46,663 bases of DNA from Octopus sinensis. Lineage: Eukaryota. Position numbers and translations under genes: made by a program. The stretch lies in NCBI RefSeq assembly GCF_006345805.1, contig NW_021834596.1, positions 1-46,663 of the forward strand, in the 5' to 3' direction. The notes under the pieces were generated by a model, which was not told the DNA's origin, did no database searches, and worked only from the letters and a program-made list of their open reading frames with translations. The first letter of the stretch is position 1; every line of letters starts with the position of its first letter. Positions 11,818-22,887 of the stretch are shown in pieces.

Positions 11818-12375
11818 GGCGGCGAGCTGGCAGAAACGTTAGCACGCCGGGCGAAATGCTTAGCGAAGTTTAACTATATATTTCTTTATTGCCCACAAGG
11901 GGCTAAACATAGAGGGGACAAACAAGGACAGACAAACGGATTAAGTCGATTACAACGATCCCTAGTGTGAAACTGGGACTTTATTTATCGACCCCGAAAG
12001 GATGAAAGGCAAAGTCGACCTCGGCGGAATTTGAACTCAGAACGTAGCGGCAGACGAAATACCTATTTCTTTATTACCCACAAGGGGCTAAACATAGAGG
12101 GGACAAACAACGACAGACATAGGTATTAAGTCGATTACATCGACCCAGTGCGTAACTGGTACTTAATTTATCGACCCCGAAAGGATGAAAGGTAAAGTTG
12201 ACCTCGGCAAATTCTGCCGAGGTCGACTTTACCTTTCATCCTTTCTGGGTCGATAAATAAAGTACCAGTTTCGCACTGGGGGTCGTTGTAATCGACTTAA
12301 TCCCTTTGTCTGTCCTTGTTTGTCCCCTCTATGTTTAGCCCCTTGTGGGCAATAAAGAAATATATAGTTAAACTT
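11818..12375. mobile_element. Rearranged SINE family B cluster (head, two inverted bodies, one forward body)
   Basis: Head 11818-11865 (+), inverted copies 11876-12063 and 12064-12210, forward copy 12212-12361. The flank AAGTTTAACTATATA is mirrored at 12361-12375. Confidence 0.9.
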
Positions 12376-12711
12376 ACAATGGGATTATATTGACTATTAT
12401 ATATATACACCACACATATGGGGTTGGAGTTATAGACTTGGCTCCAGGGCTGAAAGCTTTTTGTGAGTCGCATTATGTGTATTTATGCGTGTGACATGCA
12501 AACGTACAAAAGACGTGAGTGTAACTGCGTTCAAACGTAACACGATTTGGTAACCAAAGTAATCTCTCTCTCTCTCTCTCTCTCACTCGCTGTAAATGTT
12601 ATACACCTAAATTATATCATAGAAATTTATTACTCACGCGCGCACACTAGTAATAATAATATGCACACACGCACACATACGAAGCATTTTTAAATGTAGA
12701 TATCTTGTTTA

Positions 12712-13025
12712 AATCATTTAGACTGCGGAAATGCTGGGGCACTTCCTTGGAAGGGTTAGTCGAACAAATCGACCCCAGCACTTATTTTTCTAAACCTAGT
12801 ATTCTTCCTATAAGTTCCTTTTTGCCGAGCTTCTGAGTGACTGGTATATAAATAAACATACCAACGAGTATATGTATTTACACAAGCTACCAAATTCGCA
12901 CACAAGGCTTTGGTCGACCCGGGGCTTTAACAGAAGACACTTCCTTAAGGTGTGTCACGCAGTTGGACCGAACCCAGAACCATGTGGTTTGGAAGTAGGC
13001 TTCTTACCACACAGCCACGCCTGCT
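12712..13025 (-). mobile_element. SINE family A, diverged
   Basis: Both modules are recognisable (GTCGACCCGGGGCT, GAACCCAGAACCATGTGG, ACCACACAGCCAC). Confidence 0.7.
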
Positions 13026-13711
13026 TCTGTTTTACTGGTTGCTCTATGGCCATACTGGAGCTCTGTTATCGAAGATTTTTAGTCGATTTAAATTATTTTA
13101 TATATCCCAGGAATTTTTTTTTAAGAGGTAATGCAGAGTCCTTACATTCCATCAATCCACCCGTCGGCAGTCATACCCCCATCACACACACGCTCATGCA
13201 CACAGACCCTGGTTGGAATCACTGTTTATGTGTGTGTGTGTGTGGATTTTTGAACTCTGGGTGTAACTAAATAGTTGAATATATTGTCTGGCACTCCAGC
13301 GGTTCTGACAACCCACCCCCCACGTATAGAATAATAATGTTTATTATATAACCCAGTAGACAAACTGATGTGTTTTTTTTTTCCTTTAATTTTGGACGTG
13401 AAATACTAATTGAAGTGCATTATATAATTACGTAGTTATTTGCCGCCACTCGTGTGGAAGATGAAAGAAATTATTATTTTACTCATATTAATCACATTAT
13501 TCATATTGGGCCAATAGTTGATTTATTGGCAAAGTGGTAAACAAAAATGATTTGTATTTTTGGGTTCAATTCTCGCCAAAGTCGGCAAAAGGTCGAGGAA
13601 ATATGTCCCTACCAAATGAGTACACAAGGTTGATTTAATCAAGCATACCACTCCACCCGCATCACTGCCAGAAAATTATGGAATTGCACACATTTTAGAA
13701 ATCATCGTTAA

Positions 13712-14330
13712 GATGACAAGCTGGCAGAATCGTTAGAACGCCGGGTGAAATGCCATTGTGTTCTGAGTTTGAATTCCACCAAGCTTGACTTTGCCTTTCA
13801 TCCTTTCAGGGTCGATGAGACAAGTGCCAGTCCAGCACTGATTGACTAACCCCTTCCTGCCAAATTTCAGGCCTTGTGCCTATAGTAGAAAAGATTAAAG
13901 TGGTGAGCTGGCAGGATTATTAGTGTGCTGGAGGAAATGCTTAGATGTATTTCATTTGCCATTACATTTCTGAGTTCAAGTTTCGCCAAAGTCATCTTTC
14001 TTTCATCCTTTCAGGATCGATTAAATAAGTACCTGTTACGCCCTGGGGTCAATGTAATCAACTTAATGCCTTCCTCCAAATTTGAGGCTTTGTGCTTCCA
14101 CAAGAAAGAATTTTTATCATTTTTATTATTAAGGTGACAAAATGCTTAGCAATATTCCGTCCATTTTTACATTCTGAGTTCAAGTCTCGTCAAGGTTGAC
14201 TTTGCTTTATTATGATAAGGAAGTTAGGTACCTGGTAGGTCTTCAGAAATTGTGCCTTACCCCTTTTACATTTTGAGTTCAAACTCCCTCAGGGTTGACT
14301 TTAGCCTTTATTCTTCTAAGAGGTGACTAG
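13712..14330 (+). mobile_element. Head-to-tail array of 3-4 SINE family B copies
   Basis: Repeated GCTGGCAG...TTCTGAGTTCAA...CTTTCATCCTTTCAGG, with tails ending TAGTAGAAAAGATT. Confidence 0.75.
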
Positions 14331-14456
14331 AATAATGACTAGTCTAAGAAATTGACTCCTCCAGCTTAATAAGCTGTGTTAGAAATTATTTCTTTACTTG
14401 GAGCCTGAGCTGTTAGCTTTGTTGTTAAACCCCACTTACTCATTGTTAATGCTGAA

Positions 14457-14712
14457 TGACTCATAGCATAGATGCAGGACAGGTCAACTAATTTACATAT
14501 TTGCTTTGATTTGACAAGTGTATGTGACCTATACTTAGAGGTAGGCCAAGTCAGCTAATACATTGGTGTTGGTTTGACACTTGTGAATGACCCACAGCAT
14601 AGATGTAGGTCAGGTCAAACTAATTTATATATTGGTATTGGTTTGACAATCCAAGTGTCCACTTAGATTTAGGTCAGGTCAATTGATTTACATATTTGTT
14701 GATTTGACAACT
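14457..14712. repeat. Minisatellite, four ~63-bp diverged units
   Basis: TAGA..TAGGTCAGGTCAA..TAATTTA.ATATT.G..TTG.TTTGACA recurs four times. Confidence 0.8.
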
Positions 14713-14780
14713 GAATATTTTTACATCAACACAATGATGATTCAGCAGATTTTGTATATGTTGTATGTATGTATATATAT

Positions 14781-15054
14781 CATCATCATCATCGTTTAAC
14801 GTCCGTTTTCTGTGCTAGCACAGGTTGGACGGTTCGACCAGGGTCTGGAAAGCTATGAGGCTGCACCAGGCTCCAGTCTGATCTGGCAGTGTTTCTACAG
14901 CTTGATGCCTTTCCTAACGCCAACCACTCCATGAGTGTAGTGGATGCTTTTTACATGCCACCGGCACAGGTGCCAGGCGAGTCTCGCATCGGCCATAATC
15001 AGTTGGAGCTTTTTACGTGCCACCGGCATGGAAGCCAGTCAAGGGGGTGCTAGC

Positions 15055-15055
<1 letters not shown>
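14781..15055 (-). mobile_element. Retroposon family D
   Basis: Reverse complement of the 397-648 type, with a (CAT)n tail on the left. Confidence 0.8.
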
Positions 15056-15085
<30 letters not shown>

Positions 15086-15467
15086 GTTTTCTTTGATTCG
15101 ACTCAGTTTTATTTTTTTTTATTGCAAAACTGAAGCGCCTCCTCTACACTGTATCAGTATGTATTCTGCTACTGCTCTTTAGGCTGGATGCCTGCTTTCT
15201 GATTGTCAGAATTTGTCTTGCTTGCAAAATGTTATCCTGAATCACTGCTTCCCAAAACAAGACTCCATGTCTGTGATGTGTGAAGTCTGTTTCCCTAAAA
15301 ACTGTTGCAGTTGATCCTGATCTTGCAGTCTGGGGCAGATTATTGCTAAGGGAGTAAATTGAAGGTTGGCATTTGCTAGTACACTGTGGAAGGTATGAGA
15401 CGATATTTTTAACAATCATTCCTGTGCTGAATTGTGCTCACATGTTTTTCCAACATAGCATATATAT

Positions 15468-15809
15468 ATGAAAGCGAAAGGTTCAAAAACCACCAATCCT
15501 ACAATAAATACACACACGAGCAATGCAGTGAATCATCATCATCATCATGAACACTTTAAAAAATAGGCTTACCTTCAGGATGGAATTTGAAGGTAGTTTA
15601 CATACCCCAATATCAATTGATTTCATGCTGTTCATGAGAAAACATGCTTTGCAATCTTCAGTTGGAGATAGCAACATCTATTTCCAAAATATTAACTATG
15701 TCAACTCGTGTGCGTTTTGAACTTTAAACGTCCCACTCTGTTGTTCATTGCATTGCTCGTGTGTGTATTTAATCGTAGGATTGGTTGTTTTTGAAGCTTT
15801 CGCTTTCAT
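15468..15809. repeat. Inverted repeat pair (~65-bp arms, ~210-bp spacer)
   Basis: 15468-15532 ATGAAAGCGAAAGGTTCAAAAACCACCAATCCTAC... matches the reverse complement of 15744-15809 with a few mismatches. Confidence 0.85.
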
Positions 15810-16326
15810 CTTTGGCAAGCAGTATTTTTACCATTTTATTCAAATATTTAATATTGCACCTATTAAGGTAGAAGTCTTCCTAACCGCCTCATTATTGCTG
15901 TTTTTAACAGCAATAATGCTTTCATATATATATATATGCATGCATGCATTCATTCACTAGATTCATATGTTATTTAGTGTAGAATTATTTAGTGGTCAGA
16001 GGTTTGATTCCTGGACCAGGCAGTGTATCGGGTCCAGCATTATCATTTAATGTTCACTTACCATACTGGCATGGGTAGGATGGTTTGACAGATATTGGCG
16101 AACTGCAAGGCCATGTCAAGTTCCAATGACATTTTTGGCATTGTTTCTACAACTGGATACCCTTGTTAATGCCAACCACTTTACAGAGTATAGTGGGGGT
16201 GCTGGTGCTAATCAGTCATGTGTGAAGTGATGGAGAGGCTGCTTTTTTCTTTTTATATGTTGGATCTGTTTACATGCAAAACCCTCACAGCAATACACAC
16301 ACACACACACACATTTGCTAACATCA

Positions 16327-16598
16327 CTCATTGGACTGCAGCAGCTGTGTTGGCGTATTGCCTTCAAGAGTTCAAACAGATCAATCAACCCAGTATTTAT
16401 TACAATTTTTTTTCTTTTCTGAGGCTGGTACTTGTTCTGTTGTCTCTTTTGCTGAACTGCTAAGTTACGGGGGTATGTAGACAAGCAAACATTGTTCATG
16501 CCAAGTGGGTAGTTTAAAGACACTTGCTCAAAGTACCACATGAACCCAAACCCACATGGATTGAAAGCAAGCTACTCAACCACCCAACCATGCCTGTG
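16327..16598 (-). mobile_element. SINE family A, old copy
   Basis: GAACTGCTAAGTTACGGGG and AAGACACTTGCTCAAAGTACCAC motifs. Confidence 0.6.
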
Positions 16599-16632
16599 CA
16601 TATATATATACACACATATATATATATATCGT

Positions 16633-16915
16633 GATGGTGCATGACTTAGTGGTTACAGTGTTGCACTCATGATTGCAAGATGGTGGTTTTGATTCCAAGA
16701 CCGGACGTTGCATTGTGTTCTTTGAGCACAGCACTTCATTTCATGTTGCTCTGTGATCATTTCGCCATCTGACATGTGACACATGGTGCACCTGTACAGG
16801 TAATGTTGATCTGATGGAGGGAGTGAGGTTATGTGAACACAAACATTTGATCACTGCAAACAAATGATCTGTGTGGTTTTTCAGCAAGAAATTGCCAAAC
16901 ACTCATACGTTGTCT
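16633..16915 (+). mobile_element. tRNA-derived SINE family C (CORE-like centre), old
   Basis: A-box-like TGACTTAGTGG, B-box-like GGTTTTGATTCC, then TGTGTTCTTTGAGCACAGCACTTCATTTCATGTTGCTC. Confidence 0.6.
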
Positions 16916-16931
16916 AATGACAAGAGAGTCC

Positions 16932-17010
<79 letters not shown>

Positions 17011-17013
17011 ATA

Positions 17014-17406
17014 GGCGCAGGAGTGGCTGTGTGCTAAGTAGCTTGCTAACCCACCACATGGTTCCGGGTTCAGTCCCACTGCATGGCATCTTGGGCAAGT
17101 GTCTTTTGCTATAGCCCCGGGCCGACCAATGCCTTGTGAGTGGATTTGGTAGATGGAAACTGAAACAAGCCTGTCGTATATATGTATATATATGTATATG
17201 TGTGTTTTTGAGTGTCTGTGTTTGTCCCCCTAGCATTGCTTGACAACCGATGCTGTGTTTTACATCCCAGTCACCTAGCGGTTCGGCAAAAGAGACCGAT
17301 AGAATAAGTACTTTGCTTACAAAGAATAAGACCCGGGGTCAATTTGCTCGACTAAAGGCGGTGCTCCAGCATGGCCACAGTCAAATGACTGAAACAAGTA
17401 AAAGAG
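17014..17406 (+). mobile_element. Full-length SINE family A
   Basis: tRNA-like head GGCGCAGGAGTGGCTGTGTGCTAAG...GGGTTCAGTCCC, CORE-like CTTGGGCAAGTG, TA/TG linker, and a 3' module ending AAGTAAAAGAG. Confidence 0.9.
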
Positions 17407-17984
17407 TATATATATATGAAATAGTGATTGAAGATAGTGATTCACGCTAAATCCTTTTGACGCTGCTTTTGTTTCAAAATTTCGAAAATAATGGACTTTT
17501 ATCAAATGGCTTTGAAAAACAGTGATTGGCAGAATTTGATAGATCATCAAACAGAATGCCTTGTAGTATTTACAGGATTTTTTTTTCTTTTTTTTTTTTT
17601 TTGAGTTTAAATTTTGCCATGGTCAAATTTGTATCTTATCCTCCGAGGATCGATAAAGTACCAGTCAAGTACAAGTGTCAATTTAATCAGTCCACCTCCC
17701 CTCTAAATTCCTGGTCTTCAAAACCAATTATTATCAAGGTGGCAAAACGGCATACTTATTAGTGTCAGATAGCATATTTTATGGTATTGTTCTGGTTCTT
17801 TACATTCAGAGTTCAAATCCTACCAAGGTCAGTTTTGCCTTTAATCCCTTCAGTTCCTTTAGCAGAGTCCATTCTGTCAAAAGTAAGCAAGGTTTCTGAT
17901 CTGAAGGCAAATTCTTTTCCTCCTCTTCCTACTTACAGAAATTCCAAAAAGTATCATGCGCTGCTTTTTTTCTCCTCTGACAGA

Positions 17985-18322
17985 GCCCTTCCTTTTGGCC
18001 AAGTGTCCTCTGCTACAAGCTCACACAAAGCCTTGTGAATGGATTTGGTAGATGGCAACTGGTCGTGTGTGTGTGCACATGTACGGTTGTGTATGTTTGT
18101 GATTCCTTGTCCTGACATCATGTGATAGTTTCAATTGAGCATCATTTCATACAAGTAGTGTCTTTTGTTTTAGTCTTCTAGGAAAACATGCTTGTCCATT
18201 GAGGAAATATTAGCTTGGAAACAGATGAGGTTTGCAATGTAAAGTTCATAGAAATCTGCCTCAACAATTCTGTTTGACCTGTACAAGCAGCAAAATGGAT
18301 GTTAAAATGGTGATGATGATAA
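17985..18322 (+). mobile_element. Chimeric SINE: family A front with family D-like (GAT)n tail
   Basis: GCCTTGTGAATGGATTTGGTAGATGG followed by a different body ending GGATGTTAAAATGGTGATGATGAT. Confidence 0.55.
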
Positions 18323-18414
18323 CTATTTGTCAGTTTCCTCTCCTTACATCTGTGGTCTTCTGCCTATGTTATAATTAATATAATTGTGGAAATGGCTGAA
18401 TTTGTAGTCATCAT

Positions 18415-18630
18415 CATTATCATTTAATGTTCGTTTTCCATGCTAGCATGGGTTTGGTGGTGTGACTAGAAGTGATAAGCTTGAGAGCTGCATCAGGTTC
18501 CGGTTTAACTTGGTATGGTTTCTATGACTGGATGCTCTTCCTAATGCCAACCACTCCAAGAGTGTAATGGCTGCTTTTACATGACACCAGCATTGGCCAT
18601 GACTACAATTTCGCTTGGCTTGATGAAAAA
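18415..18630 (-). mobile_element. Retroposon family D, diverged
   Basis: GGATGCTCTTCCTAATGCCAACCACTCC, with a (CAT)n tail. Confidence 0.7.
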
Positions 18631-18769
18631 AAATGCCTAGGGTTTTGGGTTTAAATCTCACAGAAATCAACTTCAATTTTTATTCTTCTGGGGACAATAA
18701 AATGAGTATTTATCATATACTAGAATTAATTTAATCAAACGATATAATGCTGCTCTACAACTTGGGCTT

Positions 18770-19112
18770 TGTAGATATCAAGCTTCCCAGCTGTGTGGTT
18801 TCAGGTTCAGTCCCACTGTGCAGTACTTGGGCAGGTCTCTTGGCCAACCACAGCGTTCTGAGTTGATTTGGTAGTTGGAAACAGAAAGAAGCCCAATATA
18901 TATGTATGTGCCCATCTCTTGACATCACGTGGTGGTTGTGAGCATCACTGACATACAGGCAGTGTTATTTATTTCCATTCTCTTGTGAGACACATCTTGC
19001 TTGGAATCAAGTGAAAGTTAGTAACAGGATGGGCAGCCATCTGTAGAAAGTGAACAAATTCCATTTGACCCATGCATGCTTGGAAAAGAGGACATTGGAA
19101 CGCTCATGCTGA
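18770..19112 (+). mobile_element. Chimeric SINE: family A head with family D-like tail
   Basis: TCAGGTTCAGTCCCACTG head and a tail ...GACCCATGCATGCTTGGAAAAGAGGAC. Confidence 0.5.
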
Positions 19113-19154
19113 AGGTACCCTAATGTTAATATCAGGAATTATTACTATGAATTT

Positions 19155-19460
19155 GCATGGCCCAGTGGTTAGAGCATTCGGCTCACAATCATGAGTTTGT
19201 GAGTTCGATTTCCTGTCTGGGTTGAATATGTTTTTGAGCCAGACACTCTATTTCACATTTCTCCAGTTCACTCATCTGTAGAAATGAGTTGTGATGTTAC
19301 TGGTGCCAAGCTGTATCAACCATTTGCCTTTCCCTTGGAGCACATCGGTGGCCCGGTGAATGGATGCTGGTCTCCATAAACAACTTTGCCTAGATTGTGC
19401 CTTACAGGGGAACTTTCTAGGTACAATCTCATGGTCGTTCATGACCAAAAGAGGTTCTTA
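19155..19460 (+). mobile_element. tRNA-derived SINE with CORE-like centre
   Basis: A-box TGGCCCAGTGG, B-box GAGTTCGATTTCC, then CAGTTCACTCATCTGTAGAAATGAGT resembling the CORE domain. Confidence 0.65.
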
Positions 19461-19782
19461 CTTTTTACATTGTGTTGGGATGAAATTTGTCTTGCAAGTA
19501 TTTAGTTACGTACCAATGTTGACTTAATCTTTTCATTACCATTTCTTTTGATATACATGCATTCAGTTCAATTAATTTTGAAATTAATAAAGAATCTAGT
19601 TAGTTTTTAGAACATAATTAATGTCAATTTGATAAAACAGAAGGATAGTAATTGCAGAACAAAGAGCAGTCTCAAGGAGGTTGGTAATAAAAGAAGTTAA
19701 GCTTTTCGTCTTTCTTTATTGATAAAGTATTACTTAAATTTATTTTCTTTGTATTGATCCTCATTAATATTTTTCTTTTCAG

Positions 19783-20703
19783 TAACCAAGATCAAAGCAG
19801 AGCCCAGTGTAGATCCATTAACAACATATTCCACATATAACAGCCATCATCACCAACATCACGACCACCACCATGTGAACTTACCACTGAAGTCTGTTGC
19901 TATAAAAAGAGGAGACCTTGCTACTGCCAGATCAGATCTGTAGCACTCCATTTTCTCGGCAGGTCAAGCCCTTTGCCAAGCTCTCACTGCTTCAACCTGT
20001 TGTTGAAAATCCAATGAATTCTGTCATTGCCTCCCGTGTAGTGCCTTCTGCAAAATCTACAGCAGCAGTAGCAGCAACATCCCGAGAAAAAAGTGTGATT
20101 GCCTCTGAGGACAGGTTCACCAACGCACGTCGTCGAAAGCTAACTCAGATCCTGCACAAGGAAGGGAAAGATTCAAAAGACTGCCGGATAACCCGCAAGA
20201 AGAAAAACACAAGCCTTGACGAAGGTCGGGCAACAAGTTCAGAAACAGAAGTGTCAACAACAAACTTGAGTACTAGTAGTTACCCTTCTCCTTCCTCTTC
20301 GACATCATCAGCATCTGACGGGTCACTGGATACAGGTGCACTAGTGTCGGACAAACAGTGCCGTAGAAGTGGTGAGGCACGAAACAACAGCAGCAGTTGC
20401 AATGCCCGTCATCGTCGGCAAAGTCGACTCTCTGCCATGCCACCAACGCCATGTTCGCTCACATCGTTCGAAGGCAACACGTCGAGTGATGATGCCGATG
20501 AGGAGGAGGAGGAAGAAGTGGAAAGGAAAGGTGGGGAGCAGGGCAGAGATTTTGTAACTTTCCAACAGAGAAACTTGGAGGCTATCGTCGGTAAAGTCGA
20601 CTCTCTGCCATGCCACCAATGCCATGTTCTCTCACATCGTTCGAAGGCAAGACGTCGAGTGATGATGGCGATGAGGAGGTGGAGGAGGATGAGGAGGAGG
20701 TAG
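19783..20703 (+). pseudogene. Terminal-type exon of an unidentified low-complexity nuclear protein; frameshifted (pseudogene or assembly error)
   Basis: Strong acceptor TTTTCTTTTCAG at 19771-19782. Reads TKIKAEPSVDP...HHHQHHDHHH...SVAIK. Removing one A from the A5 at 19904-19908 fuses it (IKEETLLLPDQ) to the 261-aa ORF, which has basic clusters (RRRK, RKKK), Ser-rich and acidic tracts. Confidence 0.6.
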
Positions 20704-20771
20704 AAGTTTAAAGGAGAGGTGGGGAGCAGGGCAGAGATTTTGTTAGTTTCCAACAGAGAAACTTGGAGGCT
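20411..20771 (+). repeat. Tandem duplication within the exon (173 bp + 188 bp)
   Basis: ATCGTCGG(C/T)AAAGTCGACTCTCTGCCATGCC...AGAAACTTGGAGGCT occurs at 20411-20583 and 20584-20771. Confidence 0.95.
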
Positions 20772-21407
20772 GAAGTACGGACTCTGAACTTTGAGAATCT
20801 TTGAAGAAAAGATCTTAACATAAACACGTTAGGGTGAGAGGGTCTATTGAACCATTTACCACACCACAACAACAATGACATTAACAAGAAAGCCTTAACA
20901 TTGGTGGGGGTAATGTAATGCAGGGGTGGGAGCAAGAGCAGATCTATGAATATTAGTTCGATGGAACTGGATTTGGTGTAAAACTCTGGGTGAGAAAAAG
21001 CATTCTTCTAACTACACATCACTTGTCCAACTCCATTCTGTAATATGTGTGAGTGATTTTTCACTTTTGTTTTTTGGTCTAGTTGTAGAGAACTGTGAAC
21101 TGAAATGAATATTTAAAAATATTAAAAAAAAAAAAAGAAAGAAAAGAAAGAAAAATGAATAACCCCGCTCATTCCCGTTTCCCTTCCCCTCTTTTATATG
21201 CATACATATATTTTGTAAAAAGAGATGAAAAGGTTGTATAACAAAATAGAAGGAATCCCTACCCATCCCCTCAAAAAACTTATCAGTCTTCATCCTTCAT
21301 CCCCTCTCCTCAGTACTAATCGAAAGGACCCCAAGGTGGTATTATGATTATTATTATTACCACCACCCAAAAAATTATACACCCTTCATATAAAGTCTTA
21401 CCTACAG

Positions 21408-22030
21408 ACATTTCTTAGACTCCTCCAACATTCTTATGGTAATGTCTACTTAAAGACACTTATGGCATGGAAGTAGAGTGTGGAGTTTTGTGCCAATGTG
21501 GAATATGTTATGGTATTAAATGATGAACTTTTTGTTGACCAGATCAAACTTCTGCCACTTCTTCATTATGATTTGTCTCAAGTTGATTATGATAATCATT
21601 TGCATTTTGTAATGCTTTCCTGGAAGAAAATCAGACCATCACAAAAACAAAAAATTCCATGAACTCAGTGAGGAAATGTGTATCAAGGGGAGACTATCCT
21701 ATATATTGTCATGGTGTTGGTTACATAGCACATATTAATGTAATCAACAAACTCTATCTGGCATCATTGAAGAACAAAATGCTCATGCCAGATGATGTTT
21801 GGATTGGTGTATTGTCAGAAATGTTAGGCATCAAACAAAATTGCCAAAACCATTGAGTTCATGCATCCAAATATTTTGGTTCCATTTTGAAGTCATATTG
21901 GAAAAACCCATTCCTTGTGACAATTAGTGATTTTTGGAATATACCAGATGCAGTGCCATGTCTGCAGGATGTATATAAATCAGTTTCCAAACTGAGAAAC
22001 ATCAGTAATGTTCATAATAGGCTCCAATAA
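21408..22030 (+). pseudogene. GT31 beta-1,3-galactosyltransferase-like catalytic region, disabled
   Basis: SYGNVYLKTLMAWK*SVEFCANVEYVMVLNDELFVD and YPIYCHGVGY...KLYLASL...DDVWIGVLSEMLGI match GT31 motifs (YxNLTLKT, DDDxFVN, YPPYCSGxGY, EDVxxG). Stops at 21474 and 21854, and a frameshift near 21650-21690. Confidence 0.8.
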
Positions 22031-22384
22031 CAGAAAAATAAAGGTAACATAAAGACTTGTCCAGGTATTCTGGTGTTAAGTCATCATGCATTTATTAACA
22101 TCATTTGTATTATTTCTATTATCATTATTATTCTTAATTTTTTCAACAAATGTACTATAGCAAAGATGGTTTGAATGTTCAGTTTTAAAAACATATGGCC
22201 CCCATCTCCAGCTATTTTATATTTAAAAAAAGTTTGGGGTAGTTTAGTATGTCGCACCTGACAGTGCTAAATATTTGGAAAGAGGAACAATCAATTCCCC
22301 AGGTTAATGAAAAGCAATTCTAACTATTTGTATTGGACTGTGGATAGCTTATAAAACATATTGTTATTCTTTTATTTACTTTTG

Positions 22385-22880
22385 TTAAATAAAGCTCTTC
22401 ATAATTCCATCCACTTTTAGTGTGGAGCCCCTCACAGACTCCTGACAAACTGGCCACCTGCTTGGTAGCAAGGTTGTGAAAGAGAGTATCTTGTTTTGTT
22501 CATCATCTTTAAACCTTAAGGTCTTGAAGATTTGTATAACATGATCATTTGTAGTGTATAAATTACGAAGATGCATTTTTCCCCAAGAACTTCGGTACTT
22601 GGCATGTAAAACACAAACCATAGAAGGGATTGACCATGTCAACAGCTTGGCATATGAGATCTTGCCAATAAAAGGTAAAATTCTTCAGCCAGTAACTTGT
22701 TATTAGGCCTAGATCTGGAGATTTCTTCTTTCCCATTTTTTCAGAACAGCTTTCAATATTTCACCAACTATTTCATAATTTTTTGCTAAACATGCTGGCA
22801 GTAGTCCAGCATGAGTTCTTTTAGTCATACAGTTTGTTCACTGATTTCCTCAATTGTTCCCATACAGATCTTCAGTAGTC
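22385..22880 (-). mobile_element. Very degenerate R4-like RT N-terminal fragment
   Basis: IVGEILKAVLK/MGKKKSPDLGLITSYWLKNF resembles the R4-clade K(S/A)PGPDxIxxYWLKKF motif. Confidence 0.4.
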
Positions 22881-22887
22881 CTCAGCT

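Noticed and set aside
15183-15392. Plus-strand 210-bp AG...GT segment
   Set aside because: Stops in all three frames and no identifiable homolog.
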